Below, piece after piece: positions 32,574-33,833 of a DNA stretch of 33,833 nt (positions are counted from its first letter, which is position 1; every line of letters begins with the position of its first letter). The notes under the pieces were generated by a model, which saw nothing but the letters and a program-made list of their open reading frames with translations, did no database searches and had not been told where the DNA came from. The position numbers and the translations under genes were made by a program. The stretch is from NCBI GenBank assembly GCA_041489115.1, contig JBGPQQ010000001.1:1-33833 (forward strand), given 5' to 3'. This DNA is from Vicinamibacteria bacterium. Lineage in GTDB: Bacteria; Acidobacteriota; Vicinamibacteria; Fen-336.

Positions 32574-33833
32574 CTAAGGTCCGATCTCCGCGGAGACGAT
32601 CCGCACGCCGAGCTCGCGAGCGTCGTCCGACAGGCCCAGCGCCTTCATGCTGAACGCATTCACCCTGAGGGTGACGATCCTCTTCGCGGCCGCGCCCTCC
32701 GGCCTTGGCATGGGTAGGTGGAGGCGATGCCATCCCGCCAGGTCCGTCGGGCCCGCATCCACGGGAACACCGTCGACGTCCACCTCGATCGTCGCCGCTC
32801 TCGCCGTTGCGGGACGCGACGTGTCGATCGTCAGCGCGACCCATGCCACCGGGGGAAACGCCATCGTCGCCACGGGGCCGGTCCAGCGGAAAGGTGTGGG
32901 GGGCTGCCCGGGACGCACCTCGATCTCCGGGCCATGGAATCCCTTCACGAGGATCCCGACGTCGTCCCGAACGTCGCCCACCCTGATGGACCGCGGCACC
33001 TGCCCGTTCTCCTGAGGTCGCACCTCCCACACGCGGTTCTGTAGCTGGGCCGTCGCCGGGGGCTCCGGGAACGCGTCGTGCGCCACGAACCCCACGCTTT
33101 CGAACGACAGGGCCTGCTCGAACAGGAAGTCGAGCTGGAAGTGGCGCACGAGCGGGCCTGCGAGATCGGTCGGTCTCGCGAGCAGGAGACACACCCTTCG
33201 TCCCTCGTCGATCCGGCGAGCGAGGAACCGAACCATGGCGTTCTCCACTCGTCCCTCGCGACCACCCGCGAGCGGCAGGAGGAGCACATCCCGGCCGCCC
33301 ATGTACTCGAGCGCGATCTGTGTGTGGAGACTGGCGTTCGAGTCCGGGATGACGATGAGGGCGTCCGGTGGAATCGCCTTCGCCAGAGCCCTCACTTGTG
33401 CCCCCGTACCGGCGCCCGCCCCGTGGCTGGCCAGGCCGGCCGACGAGCCGAGGAACGTGCCGGCGGTCATGATCGCCAGACCGGCGAAAACGGCCCCGGC
33501 CAGGCCCGCCCGACGGCCACCCAGCCGGCGCAGTCCCGTCTGCCACCCGTACAGCGCGAGGAGGAACAGGAGAGGGAAGATGAGGGGGACGAACCGCCTC
33601 ATCGCCCACGGCTGCAGAGCGATCACCATGGGGTCGATGAGATAGCAGAGCGCCGGGCCCGCGAAGAACGCCAGGGCCACGCTCACGCCTCGGGCGGCCC
33701 GGCCGAGAAGGCACGCGGCGAGAGCCGCGAGGACGCCGGCGCACAGCGGGAGCAGGAGGGCGGAGGTCGTGTACATCGCGATCCAGCGAACGTGTCGCAC
33801 CACGAGAGCCCAGTCCAGACGCACGAGGAAGAC
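32574..33833 (-). CDS. Polytopic membrane protein with large C-terminal soluble domain, 5'-truncated by the window edge (possibly a GT-C-type glycosyltransferase)
   Basis: The frame stays open to the window end, with no stop upstream of 33824. TM helices in the N-terminal third are followed by a ~270-aa soluble domain. The GT-C assignment is a guess from architecture only. Confidence 0.45.
   Translation of the reverse strand, partial: VFLVRLDWALVVRHVRWIAMYTTSALLLPLCAGVLAALAACLLGRAARGVSVALAFFAGPALCYLIDPMVIALQPWAMRRFVPLIFPLLFLLALYGWQTGLRRLGGRRAGLAGAVFAGLAIMTAGTFLGSSAGLASHGAGAGTGAQVRALAKAIPPDALIVIPDSNASLHTQIALEYMGGRDVLLLPLAGGREGRVENAMVRFLARRIDEGRRVCLLLARPTDLAGPLVRHFQLDFLFEQALSFESVGFVAHDAFPEPPATAQLQNRVWEVRPQENGQVPRSIRVGDVRDDVGILVKGFHGPEIEVRPGQPPTPFRWTGPVATMAFPPVAWVALTIDTSRPATARAATIEVDVDGVPVDAGPTDLAGWHRLHLPMPRPEGAAAKRIVTLRVNAFSMKALGLSDDARELGVRIVSAEIGP

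Noticed and set aside
1-33833. I searched for CRISPR arrays, tRNA/rRNA genes, IS elements, integrases and phage genes.
   Set aside because: I saw no regularly spaced direct repeats, no cloverleaf-like AT-richer islands, and no transposase, integrase or recombinase motifs (DDE, tyrosine or serine recombinase) in any frame. The only notable DNA repeat is the 47-nt pair reported above.

Overview
The window is about 70% GC and almost fully coding. It probably comes from a Gram-negative, soil- or sediment-type bacterium, since it encodes outer-membrane (OMP) and OmpA-type proteins. I saw no rRNA, tRNA, CRISPR array, transposase or integrase. Many long ORFs in the track are antisense or out-of-frame artefacts of the high GC content (Arg/Gly/Pro/Ala-rich translations), and I did not call them.

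Gene content, left to right:
- 55-3524 (+): an OMP-like protein, a small CxxCH cytochrome c lipoprotein, and a PSMA-like M28 peptidase.
- 3538-8148 (-): aspartate kinase, translationally coupled to an XdhD/Mop-type [2Fe-2S]+molybdopterin hydroxylase. These are followed by a nucleotidyltransferase-fold protein coupled to a 75-aa repeat-containing protein.
- 8230-12108 (+): a divergent operon of a fold-type-II PLP enzyme, a threonine-synthase-like enzyme and an SsnA-family amidohydrolase.
- 12124-13069 (+): a decayed DUF4091 gene.
- 13215-14087 (+): an OmpA-family protein.
- 14116-14895 (-): a cluster of gene remnants, comprising a malic enzyme fragment and a NuoB-like fragment.
- 15408-23089 (-): a six-gene Hyf/complex-I-like membrane module. 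Its large subunit has lost all four NiFe-ligating cysteines, which matches the Ehr-type hydrogenase-related complexes of unknown function.
- 23108-26939 (-): upstream of that module, two tandem coiled-coil/Zn-ribbon (COG1579) paralogues, a degenerate receiver domain, a sigma54-type enhancer-binding response regulator and a sensor-less histidine kinase.
- 26979-29655 (-): further upstream on the same strand, a YgeY-like M20 hydrolase and a YgeW-type carbamoyltransferase.
- 29774-33833: an FAD oxidoreductase and a B12-binding radical SAM enzyme (+), convergent with a partial polytopic membrane protein (-).

The most interesting element is the cysteine-less Ehr-like complex together with its unusual regulatory and accessory genes. 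A second point of interest is that it sits between scattered homologues of the E. coli ygeW-ygeY-ssnA-xdhD purine/selenium-linked neighbourhood.
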